A DNA stretch of 64,000 bases from Ferruginibacter sp. (GTDB lineage Bacteria > Bacteroidota > Bacteroidia > Chitinophagales > Chitinophagaceae): positions 9,967 through 73,966 of the forward strand of contig JAYTTI010000006.1 of the NCBI GenBank assembly GCA_043745405.1. The letters run 5' to 3'. The translations under genes were made by a program, and so were the position numbers. The notes under the pieces are model-generated. The model made no database searches, had not been told where the DNA came from, and saw only the letters and a program-made list of their open reading frames with translations. Of this stretch, positions 50,132-60,589 are shown piece after piece (within the stretch, counting starts at the first letter, position 1; every line of letters starts with the position of its first letter).

Positions 50132-51496
50132 TTAAATAGTAAAAAAATCACCCAATTTATCAAATGCCACTGATTCCTGCACACCATTTGTAAGGTCTTT
50201 AACAAGGCAATATTTTTGTTCTATTTCTTTACTGCCAATAATAACAGCATACCTGATTTTCTTTTTTTCGGCGTAATTAAATTGTTTATTGATTTTTGCA
50301 AACTCATGATACAATTCGCAGGAAACGCCCGCGCCACGTAATCGCTGCATAATTGAAAATGCAACAATGCTTTCAGCATCGCCCATATTAAAAAAAATAG
50401 CTTCTGTACCGCTTTCTACTTCAGTAGGAAAAAGCTGCAGTTCTTCCAGCACATCATAAATCCTGTCAACACCAAAACTAATGCCCACACCAGGTATGCC
50501 GGGTACATCAAATAAGCCGGTAAGGTCATCGTACCTGCCTCCACCGCCGATACTGCCCATAGTAACTTCAGGCGGCGCCTTGGCCTCAAAGATAATGCCT
50601 GTGTAATAATTCAAGCCTCTTGCCAAAGTAAAATCAATTTTCAAATTTGTATTGTTGCCATACTTATTTAAAAAAGCAAGTTCTTCAATACCGCTTTTTC
50701 CAATTTCAATATGCCCAATTAGTTCGGTTATTTTCAATAATTTTTCTTCATTGCTTCCGCTGATGGCCAAATATTTTTCAATAACGGCTACCTGCATTTC
50801 GTTTAATTCACGCTGTAGCAGTTCTTCTTTTACTTTTTGTACTCCAATTTTATCCAGTTTATCAATGGCAATAGTAATATCAATCAGCTTTGATGCCCCA
50901 CCGCACAAAACAGACAAAGCAGTTAAAATTTTTCGGCTATTGATTTTTAATTCATACCTGCCAAGGCCGAGCTTGACAAACACATCGTGATAAATATTAC
51001 AAAGCTCTACTTCGTTTAAAAGGGCGGTGCTTCCTACAACGTCAACATCACATTGTGTAAACTCCCTGTACCGACCCTTTTGCGGTCTGTCGGCACGCCA
51101 AACGGGCTGAATCTGGTAGCGTCTATAGGGAAACGTTAGTTTTCCATAATTCATGGCAACATGTCTTGCAAAGGGAATGGTAAGGTCGTATTTCAGTGCT
51201 CTTTCGGTAAGGTCGCTGCTGCTTTTACCGGCTAATACTTTTTGAAAACCAGCGGTTGACTTTTCAATATTTTTAGGATCGCTGATACCATTGTTCAGTA
51301 TCTTAAAAATCAGTTTGTCACCTTCATCGCCATATTTGCCCATCAGGGTATCTAGATTTTCCATGGCCGGTGTTTCCAGCGGTTCAAACCCGTATAATTC
51401 AAAAATATTTCTTATGATGCTAAAAATATAATTGCGTTTTCGAACAATTGCTGGTGTAAAATCCCTTGTGCCCTGGGGAATAGACGAGTTGGCCAT
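50132..51496 (-). CDS. hisS: Histidine--tRNA ligase
   Basis: PQGTRDF, LKYDLTIP, RADRPQKGRYREFTQCD, ARGLNYYTG, GGGRYDDL. Confidence 0.97.
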   Translation of the reverse strand: MANSSIPQGTRDFTPAIVRKRNYIFSIIRNIFELYGFEPLETPAMENLDTLMGKYGDEGDKLIFKILNNGISDPKNIEKSTAGFQKVLAGKSSSDLTERALKYDLTIPFARHVAMNYGKLTFPYRRYQIQPVWRADRPQKGRYREFTQCDVDVVGSTALLNEVELCNIYHDVFVKLGLGRYELKINSRKILTALSVLCGGASKLIDITIAIDKLDKIGVQKVKEELLQRELNEMQVAVIEKYLAISGSNEEKLLKITELIGHIEIGKSGIEELAFLNKYGNNTNLKIDFTLARGLNYYTGIIFEAKAPPEVTMGSIGGGGRYDDLTGLFDVPGIPGVGISFGVDRIYDVLEELQLFPTEVESGTEAIFFNMGDAESIVAFSIMQRLRGAGVSCELYHEFAKINKQFNYAEKKKIRYAVIIGSKEIEQKYCLVKDLTNGVQESVAFDKLGDFFTI

Positions 51497-51625
51497 AAGG
51501 TTTTAAAATTAAATATTTTTATTTGTTATTTAAAAGTACCTGGAATTTAAATAAAGTCATTTCATTTTTCATTTAAAGAGAAGTTTGCCTTTTGCTATTT
51601 ACAAAATGAAGAAGGGCATGTTTTG

Positions 51626-52087
51626 TTACAGAGATTTTTTAATCAATATTTCACATGCTTCATCAATAAGGTCAAATACTTCGTAATAGCCGGCTTCGGG
51701 CCCATACCATGGATCAGGCACATCCCTGTTTTCGCCGGGATGAACCAGGTTTAATAACAGATCAACTTTTTCACTATTGAATTTGTTGCCGCTTATCTGT
51801 TTCATCTCAGCTACTACATCAGCAGCCATGGCATAAATTTTATCAAACCTTTCAAAATCTACTGCTTCAAATTTCCTGCAAATCTGTTTGCTTATATCAA
51901 TCCCTTTCTTTTTTGCTACTCTTTGGGAAAGATAATGTGGTGCTTCATTTACATGAAAACCATTGGTACCAGCACTTTCGACTTCCCAATTTAAACTGGC
52001 AATTTTTATTTTTTGTAATAAAATACCTTCCGCAAGGGGGCTGCGGCAAATATTACCAAGGCACACCATCAAAATTGTCATGCGCAA
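51626..52087 (-). CDS. Low-molecular-weight protein-tyrosine phosphatase
   Basis: VCLGNICRSPLAE, DVPDPWYG. Confidence 0.95.
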   Translation of the reverse strand: MRMTILMVCLGNICRSPLAEGILLQKIKIASLNWEVESAGTNGFHVNEAPHYLSQRVAKKKGIDISKQICRKFEAVDFERFDKIYAMAADVVAEMKQISGNKFNSEKVDLLLNLVHPGENRDVPDPWYGPEAGYYEVFDLIDEACEILIKKSL

Positions 52088-52216
52088 ATATAGTTAGTTG
52101 CCCTTTATATATGGTATTGCTGTTGCTGTTGGTATTATGGAATTGATGACAGGCTGCATCTTATTACAAACGGCGCCGGTTTTGAATTTTTTTTACGCAT
52201 ATCAAAACCATTAACA

Positions 52217-53026
52217 ATGAACAGCGAAACAATTATGCAAAGCCATGTATTAGATATCATTTTTGAAAAAAGAAATAAACTGTATGGCGCCTATACCCTG
52301 CGTAAATTTTACAATAACCGGCTTATGAAGTCATTGGGTATAACACTTGGAGCTACAATTATTTTGTGTGCCTTTACTTTTATTAATGTTAAAGAAAAAA
52401 TATTTATATCTGTTACAGAAATTTCACTGACTAAAATAAAAGAATCTAAAACAGTAGAAGTCAAAAAAGAGTTGCCGAAGCAGTCAATAAAATCAGGTCA
52501 GCAATCTCAAAAAAAATATATAATTCCTGTTATACTAAATGATCTCATCAATGCGGATACTCTACAGAATATTAAACCTGCAGCTATAATAGGGAGCAAC
52601 AATATCAACAATACGGGAAAAGAAAGCCCCGGCTTTATTGGCGAACCGGGCAATGGAGATATAAGCGGTGGCGAAGTCCAAAAACCAGCATTACCAATAA
52701 TTGATGTAAACCAACCCATTGATAACCCTGAAATAGAACCGGCTTATCCCGGAGGTATCACGGCATTAAGAAAATTTTTGGAAAGAAATCTTGTTAATCC
52801 AACAGATATGGCAGAAGGCGATATGGTGGCAGTAAATGTAAAATTTGTAGTAGGCTATGATGGAAAACTGCAAAAATTTACTGTTGCAAAAGATGGAGGA
52901 GCCATTTTTAATAACGAAGTGATAAGGGTGTTGAAAAAAATGCCGGAATGGGTACCCGGAAAATCGAAGGGGCAAAATGTGGCGGTGTATTTCACAATTC
53001 CGGTAAAGTTTGTACCCGCAGATTAA
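52217..53026 (+). CDS. Energy transducer TonB
   Basis: LDIIFEKRNKLYGAYTLR N-terminus; C-terminal YPGG...FVV..DG...MPEWVPGK..GQNVAV.FTIPVKF. Confidence 0.9.
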   Translation: MNSETIMQSHVLDIIFEKRNKLYGAYTLRKFYNNRLMKSLGITLGATIILCAFTFINVKEKIFISVTEISLTKIKESKTVEVKKELPKQSIKSGQQSQKKYIIPVILNDLINADTLQNIKPAAIIGSNNINNTGKESPGFIGEPGNGDISGGEVQKPALPIIDVNQPIDNPEIEPAYPGGITALRKFLERNLVNPTDMAEGDMVAVNVKFVVGYDGKLQKFTVAKDGGAIFNNEVIRVLKKMPEWVPGKSKGQNVAVYFTIPVKFVPAD

Positions 53027-53108
53027 TTACTCAATAAATTTTGTAATTTGCCAGTCCTCAAAACTGGCAAATTTAAAATGTACTGGTTTGGAAACTAAAT
53101 AAAACAAT

Positions 53109-53366
53109 ATGGCACTGGAAGAATTTGAAAACGAACCATTGAGCGAAAGGGAAAAGGGATTGATAAGGATGCGTTCCATTACTAATTACGGAATGGGGGC
53201 CTTTTTGTTGGTAGCAGGATGCTTTTTTATGTTTCCTACAGATTCCACCCGTCCTTATATTAGTCAATATGACCCTTTGATTATAAAAATATTTGCGGTA
53301 ATATGCTGGATATATGGGGCTTTCAGAATATACAGGGGTTATAAAAAAAATTACTTTAGAGACTGA
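53109..53366 (+). CDS. Small two-TM membrane protein
   Basis: Two hydrophobic helices, YGAFRIYRG; coupled to the next gene. Confidence 0.7.
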   Translation: MALEEFENEPLSEREKGLIRMRSITNYGMGAFLLVAGCFFMFPTDSTRPYISQYDPLIIKIFAVICWIYGAFRIYRGYKKNYFRD

Positions 53367-54316
53367 TGCATAGTAATAGTTACAAAAAATTAGTCAGAGT
53401 GATAGGTGTTATTCTTTCTATAGTTATCATAACAGGTGGGTGTAACAAAAAAACCCAACCTGCAGTTTTTGATACTCCTACCAGTGGCTCTATTAATATA
53501 AGTGTTGACGAGTCTTTTAAACCGGTAATTGATGAACAAATAAAAGTGTTTGAAAGTTCTTTTGCAGGTGCAAAAATTAATGTTCACTATAAGCCAGAGG
53601 CGGAATGTTTAAAAGACCTGATAAATGATTCTGCAACAAAGATGGTCATTGTTACGAGGGGTCTCAATGCTAAGGAAGTGCGTTATTTTGAGGACTCTAT
53701 GAGCTATATACCACGCTATGATAAAATAGCCACAGATGCTATTGCTATTGTAGTGAATGCTAACAGTATCGATACCATTTTTACGTTAAAGCGATTACAG
53801 GACCAGTTATCAGGCAAGCTTGGTAATACACAACAAATAGTTTTTGACGGCTTAAGCGCCACCAGTACAGTACGTTTTGCGTTAGACAGTATATTAAAGG
53901 GAAAAAGTTTTGATACGAATATTGTAAGGGCAGTTAAAAATAGTAAAGACGTATTGAATTATGTAGCATCGGATGTGAATGCAATTGGCCTGGTGGGTAT
54001 TAGCTGGATAGGCAACCCTGAAGATACTGCCCAGGTAAGTATGTTAAAGAAAATAAAAATAGCGTATGTGAAATGTGATTTTTGTGGCGATTCGCCTTAT
54101 GTAAAGCCAAATCAGTTAAGCATTCTTACAAAACGATATCCTTTGGTACGTGGTTTGTTTTATATACTAAAGGAAAACTATAATGGACTTGGTGCCGGCT
54201 TTGTAGATTTTATGCAATTTGAAAGAGGCCAGCTTATTTTTAAACGGGCATATCTTGGAAGTAAAATGGGATTTGGTATAAGAGATGTAAAGATTAATGA
54301 AAAATTAGTAAAATAA
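53366..54316 (+). CDS. PstS-like substrate-binding lipoprotein
   Basis: Lipobox GGC; ISVDESFKP; DAIAIVVN; NAIGLVG; YPLVR. Confidence 0.8.
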   Translation: MHSNSYKKLVRVIGVILSIVIITGGCNKKTQPAVFDTPTSGSINISVDESFKPVIDEQIKVFESSFAGAKINVHYKPEAECLKDLINDSATKMVIVTRGLNAKEVRYFEDSMSYIPRYDKIATDAIAIVVNANSIDTIFTLKRLQDQLSGKLGNTQQIVFDGLSATSTVRFALDSILKGKSFDTNIVRAVKNSKDVLNYVASDVNAIGLVGISWIGNPEDTAQVSMLKKIKIAYVKCDFCGDSPYVKPNQLSILTKRYPLVRGLFYILKENYNGLGAGFVDFMQFERGQLIFKRAYLGSKMGFGIRDVKINEKLVK

Positions 54317-54382
54317 TAGGGTGGGTTTTTGGCAATTGGGTATAAAATTAATTATCATTGTAAAGTATTAAATTAGGGCTAT

Positions 54383-56047
54383 ATGAAAAAGATAAAATCA
54401 GCAATGCTATTATTGTCAGTTGTGTTTGTTTCAGCTTCAATAAAAGCGCAAACCATTGATCAGGGTAAAACGTTTTTGTATTATGAAAAATACAAAAGTG
54501 CAAAGGGCGTTTTTGAAAAATTGGTTTCCGCAAACCCACATGACCTGGATGCTGTATATTGGTTAGGGCAAAGTTTAATAATACCAGATGACAGAACAGC
54601 TAAAGATATTGCTGATGCCAAAGCATTATATCAAAAAGCTTTAATGAATAATAGCAGCAGTGCTTTATTAATGGCAGGTATTGGCCAAGTTGAGTTACTG
54701 GAAGAAAAACCACAAGATGCAAGAAACCATTTTGAAACAGCGCTTAGTTTATCACAAATGAAATTACCTTATGTATTAAATGCAGTTGGTTTTGCCAATG
54801 TAAATGCAAAAAATGGTGATGCAGCTTATGCAGTAGATAAATTGAAAGTAGCTCCCGCCTTTAAAAAAATGGCCGACCCTGACATATATGTTAATTTAGG
54901 AGATGCCTATAAAAAATTAGGTGATGGCGGCCAGGCCCAGCTTGCATATGAACAGGCAATTGCATTAAATCCTAAATATGCAAGGGCATATTATCGCATT
55001 GGTAAAATTTACCAAACGCAAGGTGCTGCGCAGGAAGAAATTTATATGAAATATTATAACCAGGCCATTGCTGCAGATCCTGCATATGGTCCCGTATATG
55101 AAAATTTATATAATCTCTATTATACTACAGATGTAAAAAAGTCTGCCGAATACCTTGATAAATATCTTGCCAATACAGATGATAACCCCAAAAATTGTTA
55201 TTTAAGAGCTTCTATATTGTATGCACAGGCATTGTATACTGATGCCATAAAAAAAGCTGATGAATGTATTGGTGCAGGAGGTACTGCCCCTTATCCAAAA
55301 TTATATGGTATTAAAGCTTATGCATATAATAAATCAGGCGATTCTGTAAATGCCAAAGCTTCATTCGAAAAATATTTCCAGGCCGCCGACCCTACTATAA
55401 TTGGGGCAGGTGATTATACAACTTATGCTTCTGTTCTTTTAAAATTTCCGGGAAATGATACATTGGCAGGAAGCTATATAGATAAAGCAGTAGCATTGGA
55501 TACACTGGAGGCTAATAAAGTTATTGATCTAAAAACTATGGCAGCTAGTTATGAAGCGCAAAAGAAATATAAAGAAGCGGCTGACTGGTACAATAAAGTG
55601 TTATCAGTAAAAAAATCTCCAGGTAAAATTGATTACTATAATGCAGGGTATAATTATTTTAGAACAGGGAATTACGAAACGGCTATTCCTATATTTAACA
55701 TGTATAGTCAAAAATACCCTGAAGATGCTTTCGGTTATTATATGAGTGCAAAATCTAAGTGGGGAATTGATACCACTATGTCGCAAGGATTAGCCAACCC
55801 GGATTTCGAAAAAACAGTTACTGTGGGCATGGTTGATTCTGTTAAATATAAACCCCAGTTAACAGGTAGCTATAAATATTTTGTAGCATATTATGCCAAT
55901 GTTAAGAAAGATAATACAACCGCAATTGCCTACTGTGATAAAATACTTGCTCTTGATCCAATGGATCCAGATGCCTTAAACAATAAGCAGGCATTGATGA
56001 CGCCGGCAAAACCAGTAAAAACTACCCCCATTCCAAAAAAAAGTTAA
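54383..56047 (+). CDS. Tetratricopeptide repeat protein (secreted)
   Basis: Signal peptide; repeated TPR patterns such as YVNLGDAY...A..AYEQAIALNP. Confidence 0.88.
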   Translation: MKKIKSAMLLLSVVFVSASIKAQTIDQGKTFLYYEKYKSAKGVFEKLVSANPHDLDAVYWLGQSLIIPDDRTAKDIADAKALYQKALMNNSSSALLMAGIGQVELLEEKPQDARNHFETALSLSQMKLPYVLNAVGFANVNAKNGDAAYAVDKLKVAPAFKKMADPDIYVNLGDAYKKLGDGGQAQLAYEQAIALNPKYARAYYRIGKIYQTQGAAQEEIYMKYYNQAIAADPAYGPVYENLYNLYYTTDVKKSAEYLDKYLANTDDNPKNCYLRASILYAQALYTDAIKKADECIGAGGTAPYPKLYGIKAYAYNKSGDSVNAKASFEKYFQAADPTIIGAGDYTTYASVLLKFPGNDTLAGSYIDKAVALDTLEANKVIDLKTMAASYEAQKKYKEAADWYNKVLSVKKSPGKIDYYNAGYNYFRTGNYETAIPIFNMYSQKYPEDAFGYYMSAKSKWGIDTTMSQGLANPDFEKTVTVGMVDSVKYKPQLTGSYKYFVAYYANVKKDNTTAIAYCDKILALDPMDPDALNNKQALMTPAKPVKTTPIPKKS

Positions 56048-56068
56048 AGCGTAAATCAAAATAATACT

Positions 56069-56100
56069 ATCCCTCTTCATTAAAACGAAGGGGGATTTTT
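56069..56100 (+). terminator. Intrinsic terminator
   Basis: ATCCCTCTTC-N8-GAAGGGGGAT + T-run. Confidence 0.7.
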
Positions 56101-56151
56101 CTTTTTTTATAGTAAGATTGTTTTTTGCTCACCCTGCCTTATTTTTGCTTT

Positions 56152-56547
56152 ATGCAATTCTTTATTCTTCAAGCCAATAATATTGATAATGCCGCAAACT
56201 ATTTACCAATAGGTATACAATTATTATTTGCTATTGGGTTTATTGCAACAATGATGGGGCTAACCCATTATTTTGGGCCGAAAAGAAATACATCCGATAA
56301 GCTTCAGAATTTTGAAAGTGGCATTGAAATTAAAGGAAATGCCCGGCAGCCAATAGCCATCAAATACTTTTTAGTGGCTATTTTGTTTGTATTGTTTGAT
56401 GTGGAGGTTATTTTCTTTTACCCTTATGCGGTAAATTTCAGGTCGTTAGGGTGGAGTGGTTTTGCTGCTGTAGTAACTTTTGTGGCATTATTTGCCGCAG
56501 GATTTATTTACATTATTAAAAAAGGCGCCTTAGATTGGGAAGATTAA
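56152..56547 (+). CDS. nuoA: NADH-quinone oxidoreductase subunit A
   Basis: FESG, YFLVAILFVLFDVE, KKGALDWE. Confidence 0.95.
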   Translation: MQFFILQANNIDNAANYLPIGIQLLFAIGFIATMMGLTHYFGPKRNTSDKLQNFESGIEIKGNARQPIAIKYFLVAILFVLFDVEVIFFYPYAVNFRSLGWSGFAAVVTFVALFAAGFIYIIKKGALDWED

Positions 56548-56651
56548 CAATATGAAAATTAGTAAATTGTAAAAAGAGGAATTTCAACAATTGTTACTAA
56601 ATACTGTTTCAACCTTAAAGTTTCAATTTTAAATTTTCAAATTAATTCATT

Positions 56652-57215
56652 ATGTCTCGTCCTGTACAATATAACACCAAACTTAAAACAGTAGAACCAC
56701 CGGCAGGTGTAATGGGCGATGGCTTTATGGCTACCTCTTTGGAAAAAGTAGTTGGCCTTGCCCGTAAAAATTCCATTTGGCCCTTACCCTTTGCCACTTC
56801 CTGTTGTGGTATAGAATTTATGGCAACGGCTGCCAGCCATTACGATATTGCAAGGTTTGGTGCAGAACGTATGAGTTTTTCTCCACGCCAATGCGACCTT
56901 TTAATGGTAATGGGTACCATCTCCAAAAAAATGGGCCCGGTATTGCGCCAAGTGTACCTGCAAATGGCAGAACCACGCTGGGTTTTATCTGTTGGTGCCT
57001 GTGCCTGTAGCGGAGGTATCTTTGATACTTATTCTGTTTTACAGGGAATTGACCAGGTGATACCGGTTGATGTTTACGTACCAGGCTGTCCACCAAGACC
57101 GGAAGCTATTTTAGATGGGTTTTTAAAAATACAGGAATTGATTGGCCAGGAAAGTTTGCGTAGAAGAACAGGTGAAAAATATAAAGACTTGTTGGAGAGT
57201 TACGGAATTCAATAA
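56652..57215 (+). CDS. nuoB: NADH-quinone oxidoreductase subunit B
   Basis: [27 protein letters not shown]. Confidence 0.97.
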   Translation: MSRPVQYNTKLKTVEPPAGVMGDGFMATSLEKVVGLARKNSIWPLPFATSCCGIEFMATAASHYDIARFGAERMSFSPRQCDLLMVMGTISKKMGPVLRQVYLQMAEPRWVLSVGACACSGGIFDTYSVLQGIDQVIPVDVYVPGCPPRPEAILDGFLKIQELIGQESLRRRTGEKYKDLLESYGIQ

Positions 57216-57278
57216 ATAAATATAAGGACTAATTTTTATAAATTAGTAATTACTACAAATGCCTAAGCTAAAAGATAC

Positions 57279-57782
57279 ATGTCCTTAACAAACGAACTGA
57301 TACAACAAAAACTTACTGATAAATTTGGCGACCAGCTAACGGATTGGGCACAACCTTATGGGATGTTAACCTTTACAGCCCCTAAAGAACTTAATTTAAA
57401 AGTCCTTCAGTTTTTATACGATGATGCCGAACTTAAATTTCAATTCTTGACAGATTTGCAGGCGGTACATTATCCTGATAATAAAGGGGCAGAACTGGCT
57501 GTGGTGTACCATCTTCACAATTTGACAGATAATATCCGTATTCGGTTTAAAGTATTTACAGATATTGCTTCGCCTGATGTATATAGCGCTACTGCTTTAT
57601 ATGCTTCTGCTAATTTTATGGAAAGAGAAACCTATGACTTTTTTGGTGTTAATTTTACTGGCCATCCTAATTTAATAAGAATATTGAATGTAGATGAAAT
57701 GGATTATTTTCCTATGAGAAAAGAATTTCCGTTAGAAGATCAAACTAGGGTTGATAAGGATGATGAAATGTTTGGGAGGTAG
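57279..57782 (+). CDS. nuoC: NADH-quinone oxidoreductase subunit C
   Basis: ANFMERETYDFFG..F.GHPNL.RIL...PMRKEFPL. Confidence 0.95.
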   Translation: MSLTNELIQQKLTDKFGDQLTDWAQPYGMLTFTAPKELNLKVLQFLYDDAELKFQFLTDLQAVHYPDNKGAELAVVYHLHNLTDNIRIRFKVFTDIASPDVYSATALYASANFMERETYDFFGVNFTGHPNLIRILNVDEMDYFPMRKEFPLEDQTRVDKDDEMFGR

Positions 57783-57889
57783 GGCTGTTTTTTAAACAGG
57801 CAGAAGGCAGATTGGATAAAGAAATAAGTATTGTACAAATGTTGGTAACGAAATTATATTAATAAAAAATAGCCCGTCGAGGGTAGGGT

Positions 57890-59110
57890 ATGAGCGATCA
57901 CATTTTATTACCGGAAGGAAGTATTGAAAAATTGACTACCACACTCAACCTGGGGCCAACTCACCCTGCTACCCATGGTGTGTTTCAAAATATTCTGGAA
58001 CTGGATGGAGAAAGGGTAATGAAATCTACTTCTACTGTAGGGTATATTCACCGGGCTTTTGAGAAACTTGCAGAACGCAGGCCGCTTTACCAGATAACAC
58101 CCATCACAGACAGATTAAATTATTGTTCTTCCCCTATCAACAATATGGGTTGGCATATTACCTGCGAAAGATTGCTGGGTATAACACTTCCAAAAAGGGT
58201 CGATTATTTGCGTATCATCATTATGGAATTATCAAGAATTTCAGATCACCTCATTTGTAATTCTATTGTAGGTGTTGATAGCGGCGCTTTCTCAGGATTT
58301 TTATACCTGATGCAGTTCAGGGAATTAATTTACGAAATATACGAGGAGGTTTGCGGATCACGCCTTACTACAAATATTGGGCGCATAGGTGGTTTTGAAA
58401 GAAATTTTACCAACACCGCATTTGAAAAATTAGAGAAGTTTTTAGCAGAATATCCAAAGCAGTTAAAAGAGTTTGAAAAGCTTTTTAACCGCAACCGTAT
58501 TTTTATGGAACGCACCATTGGTTGTGGTGCCATCAGTGCCCAAAGGGCTTTGAATTACGGATTTACAGGCCCTAATTTAAGAGCTGCAGGTGTTGATTAT
58601 GATGTACGTTTTCATACTCCGTATAGTTCTTATGATGAGTTTGAATTTAGTATTCCGGTTGGTAAAACGGGGGATTGTTACGATCGTTTTTTAGTACGCA
58701 ATGAAGAAATGTGGCAAAGCCTTAGTTTGATAGAACAAGCATATAAAAAAGTAAAGGAATTTAAAGGTACGGATGCAGAAATATTTCATGCAGATACACC
58801 TGCGTACTATTTGCCCGAAAAGAAAGATGTTTATACAAAAATGGAAGCATTGATTTACCATTTTAAAATTATAATGGGCGAAACTGACATTCCGGCCGGG
58901 GAGTTGTATAGTTCTGTAGAAGCAGGTAATGGCGAACTTGGTTTTTATCTTATCAGTGATGGAGGAAGAACACCATACCGTCTTCATTTCAGAAGGCCAT
59001 GTTTTATTTATTACCAGGCTTTTGAAGAATTGATTAAGGGCGGTATGTTAAGCGACGCAGTAATAACAATGAGCAGTTTAAATTTAATTGCCGGCGAATT
59101 GGATGCATAA
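57890..59110 (+). CDS. nuoD: NADH-quinone oxidoreductase subunit D
   Basis: NLGPTHPATHGV, GYIHR.FEK, GELG, GELD. Confidence 0.96.
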   Translation: MSDHILLPEGSIEKLTTTLNLGPTHPATHGVFQNILELDGERVMKSTSTVGYIHRAFEKLAERRPLYQITPITDRLNYCSSPINNMGWHITCERLLGITLPKRVDYLRIIIMELSRISDHLICNSIVGVDSGAFSGFLYLMQFRELIYEIYEEVCGSRLTTNIGRIGGFERNFTNTAFEKLEKFLAEYPKQLKEFEKLFNRNRIFMERTIGCGAISAQRALNYGFTGPNLRAAGVDYDVRFHTPYSSYDEFEFSIPVGKTGDCYDRFLVRNEEMWQSLSLIEQAYKKVKEFKGTDAEIFHADTPAYYLPEKKDVYTKMEALIYHFKIIMGETDIPAGELYSSVEAGNGELGFYLISDGGRTPYRLHFRRPCFIYYQAFEELIKGGMLSDAVITMSSLNLIAGELDA

Positions 59111-59123
59111 ACTAATTTTAACG

Positions 59124-59645
59124 ATGAAGCCTGGTACAGTTCTTTTTTTGATTGCAATATTTATCCAGGCAATGGCATCGGCTCAGCAAAAAACATCTTT
59201 TGGCGATGAGGTTGGCACATTGGATGGAATAATAAAAGCGTATTACGAAGTAGTATCTGTAAAAATCGGAGAAAAAATAAGTTATCAACGGGATAGCATG
59301 CTTCATTCTCCAAATGCATTGGTAGGGTTGCCGGGAAAAGATAAGGATGGTAAGTTTAAAATGAATTTAGTATCCGTAAAAAAGTATCACCAGTTAGCAG
59401 ATGCCGGACTTGAAAAGGAAGGTTTTTACGAAAATGAAATCAGCAGAAAAACCGAAAACTTTGGTGCAGTTTATCATGTGTGGAGTACTTATGAATCTAA
59501 AAAAATTGTAACAGGGCCGGTTATTGAAAGAGGGATAAATAGTATAGAATTATATTTTGACGGAACAAGGTTTTGGATAACCTCCTGGAGTTTTGATAAG
59601 GAAACAGAAAAAAATAAAATACCAGCAGCGTATTTAATAAAATAG
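59124..59645 (+). CDS. Secreted hypothetical protein (NTF2-like fold suspected)
   Basis: Signal peptide from ATG 59124; GFYENEI..., HVWSTYE, RGINSIEL..DG.RFWI. Confidence 0.7.
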   Translation: MKPGTVLFLIAIFIQAMASAQQKTSFGDEVGTLDGIIKAYYEVVSVKIGEKISYQRDSMLHSPNALVGLPGKDKDGKFKMNLVSVKKYHQLADAGLEKEGFYENEISRKTENFGAVYHVWSTYESKKIVTGPVIERGINSIELYFDGTRFWITSWSFDKETEKNKIPAAYLIK

Positions 59646-59650
59646 AATTG

Positions 59651-60151
59651 ATGATCAATTTTTCAGAAATTAAATTAAAGGAAGTGGAGCAAATTATTGC
59701 CCGCTATCCCAAGGGCAAACAAAAAAGCGCCTTGCTTCCGGTATTGCACCTGGCACAGGATCAGTTTGGTGGCTGGCTTGATACACCAGTAATGGATTAT
59801 GTAGCAAGTTTGTTGGCGATTGAACCTATTGAAGTGTACGAAGTAGCCAGCTTTTACAGCATGTATAATTTAAAACCGGTTGGCAAGTATATATTTGAAG
59901 TTTGTCAAACTGGGCCATGCATGCTAAATGGCAGCGATCAGATAATTGATTATATAAAACAAAAGCTAAATATTGGAGCAGGCGAAACAACAGCCGATGG
60001 AATGTTTACATTAAAAACAGTTGAATGCCTGGGGGCTTGCGGTTACGCCCCGATGATGCAGTTAGGAAAAACTTACAGGGAACTTTTAACTAAAGAAAAA
60101 GTAGACAGTATTGTTGAGGAGTGCAGGAATAAAGCGGCAATAAATAATTAA
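59651..60151 (+). CDS. nuoE: NADH-quinone oxidoreductase subunit E
   Basis: SALLPVLHLAQ, VASFYSMY, CQTGPC, ECLGACGYAP. Confidence 0.96.
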   Translation: MINFSEIKLKEVEQIIARYPKGKQKSALLPVLHLAQDQFGGWLDTPVMDYVASLLAIEPIEVYEVASFYSMYNLKPVGKYIFEVCQTGPCMLNGSDQIIDYIKQKLNIGAGETTADGMFTLKTVECLGACGYAPMMQLGKTYRELLTKEKVDSIVEECRNKAAINN

Positions 60152-60172
60152 TTCAAATACAAATTATGAGTT

Positions 60173-60589
60173 ATGGAAGCAATTGTACCATACCTTACAT
60201 TTAATGGCAATGCTGCAGAAGCAATGGCATTTTATTCAAAAGCACTGGAAGGAAAAATTCTTTATCAGCAGACTTTTGGAGAGTCACCCATGCCATCAAG
60301 CGATGACATGAAAGATAAAATTATGCATGCAACTTTCCAGGCAGATAAACTGACATTTATGGTAAGCGATTCTATGCAGAATAATCTTGCAACAGCCGGT
60401 AGTCACATTAGTCTTTCTTTAAATTTTATTAGTATAGAAGCAATCGATAAAACATTTGCAGCATTATCTGATGGTGCTAAAATAACTATGGAATTGCAGG
60501 ATACTTTTTGGGGCGCAAGGTTTGGAATGCTAACAGACAAGTTTGGTATAAACTGGATGTTTAATCACGATAAAGAAAAAAATAAATAA
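60173..60589 (+). CDS. VOC family protein (PhnB/YjdN-like)
   Basis: PYLTFNGNAAEAMAFY, IMHA, FWGARFGMLTDKFGINW. Confidence 0.9.
   Translation: MEAIVPYLTFNGNAAEAMAFYSKALEGKILYQQTFGESPMPSSDDMKDKIMHATFQADKLTFMVSDSMQNNLATAGSHISLSLNFISIEAIDKTFAALSDGAKITMELQDTFWGARFGMLTDKFGINWMFNHDKEKNK

Noticed and set aside
56548-56651. nuoA-nuoB spacer with heptamer-like tracts and a short peptide EEFQQLLLNTVSTLKFQF
   Set aside because: Resemblance to a four-helix-bundle remnant is too weak to report separately
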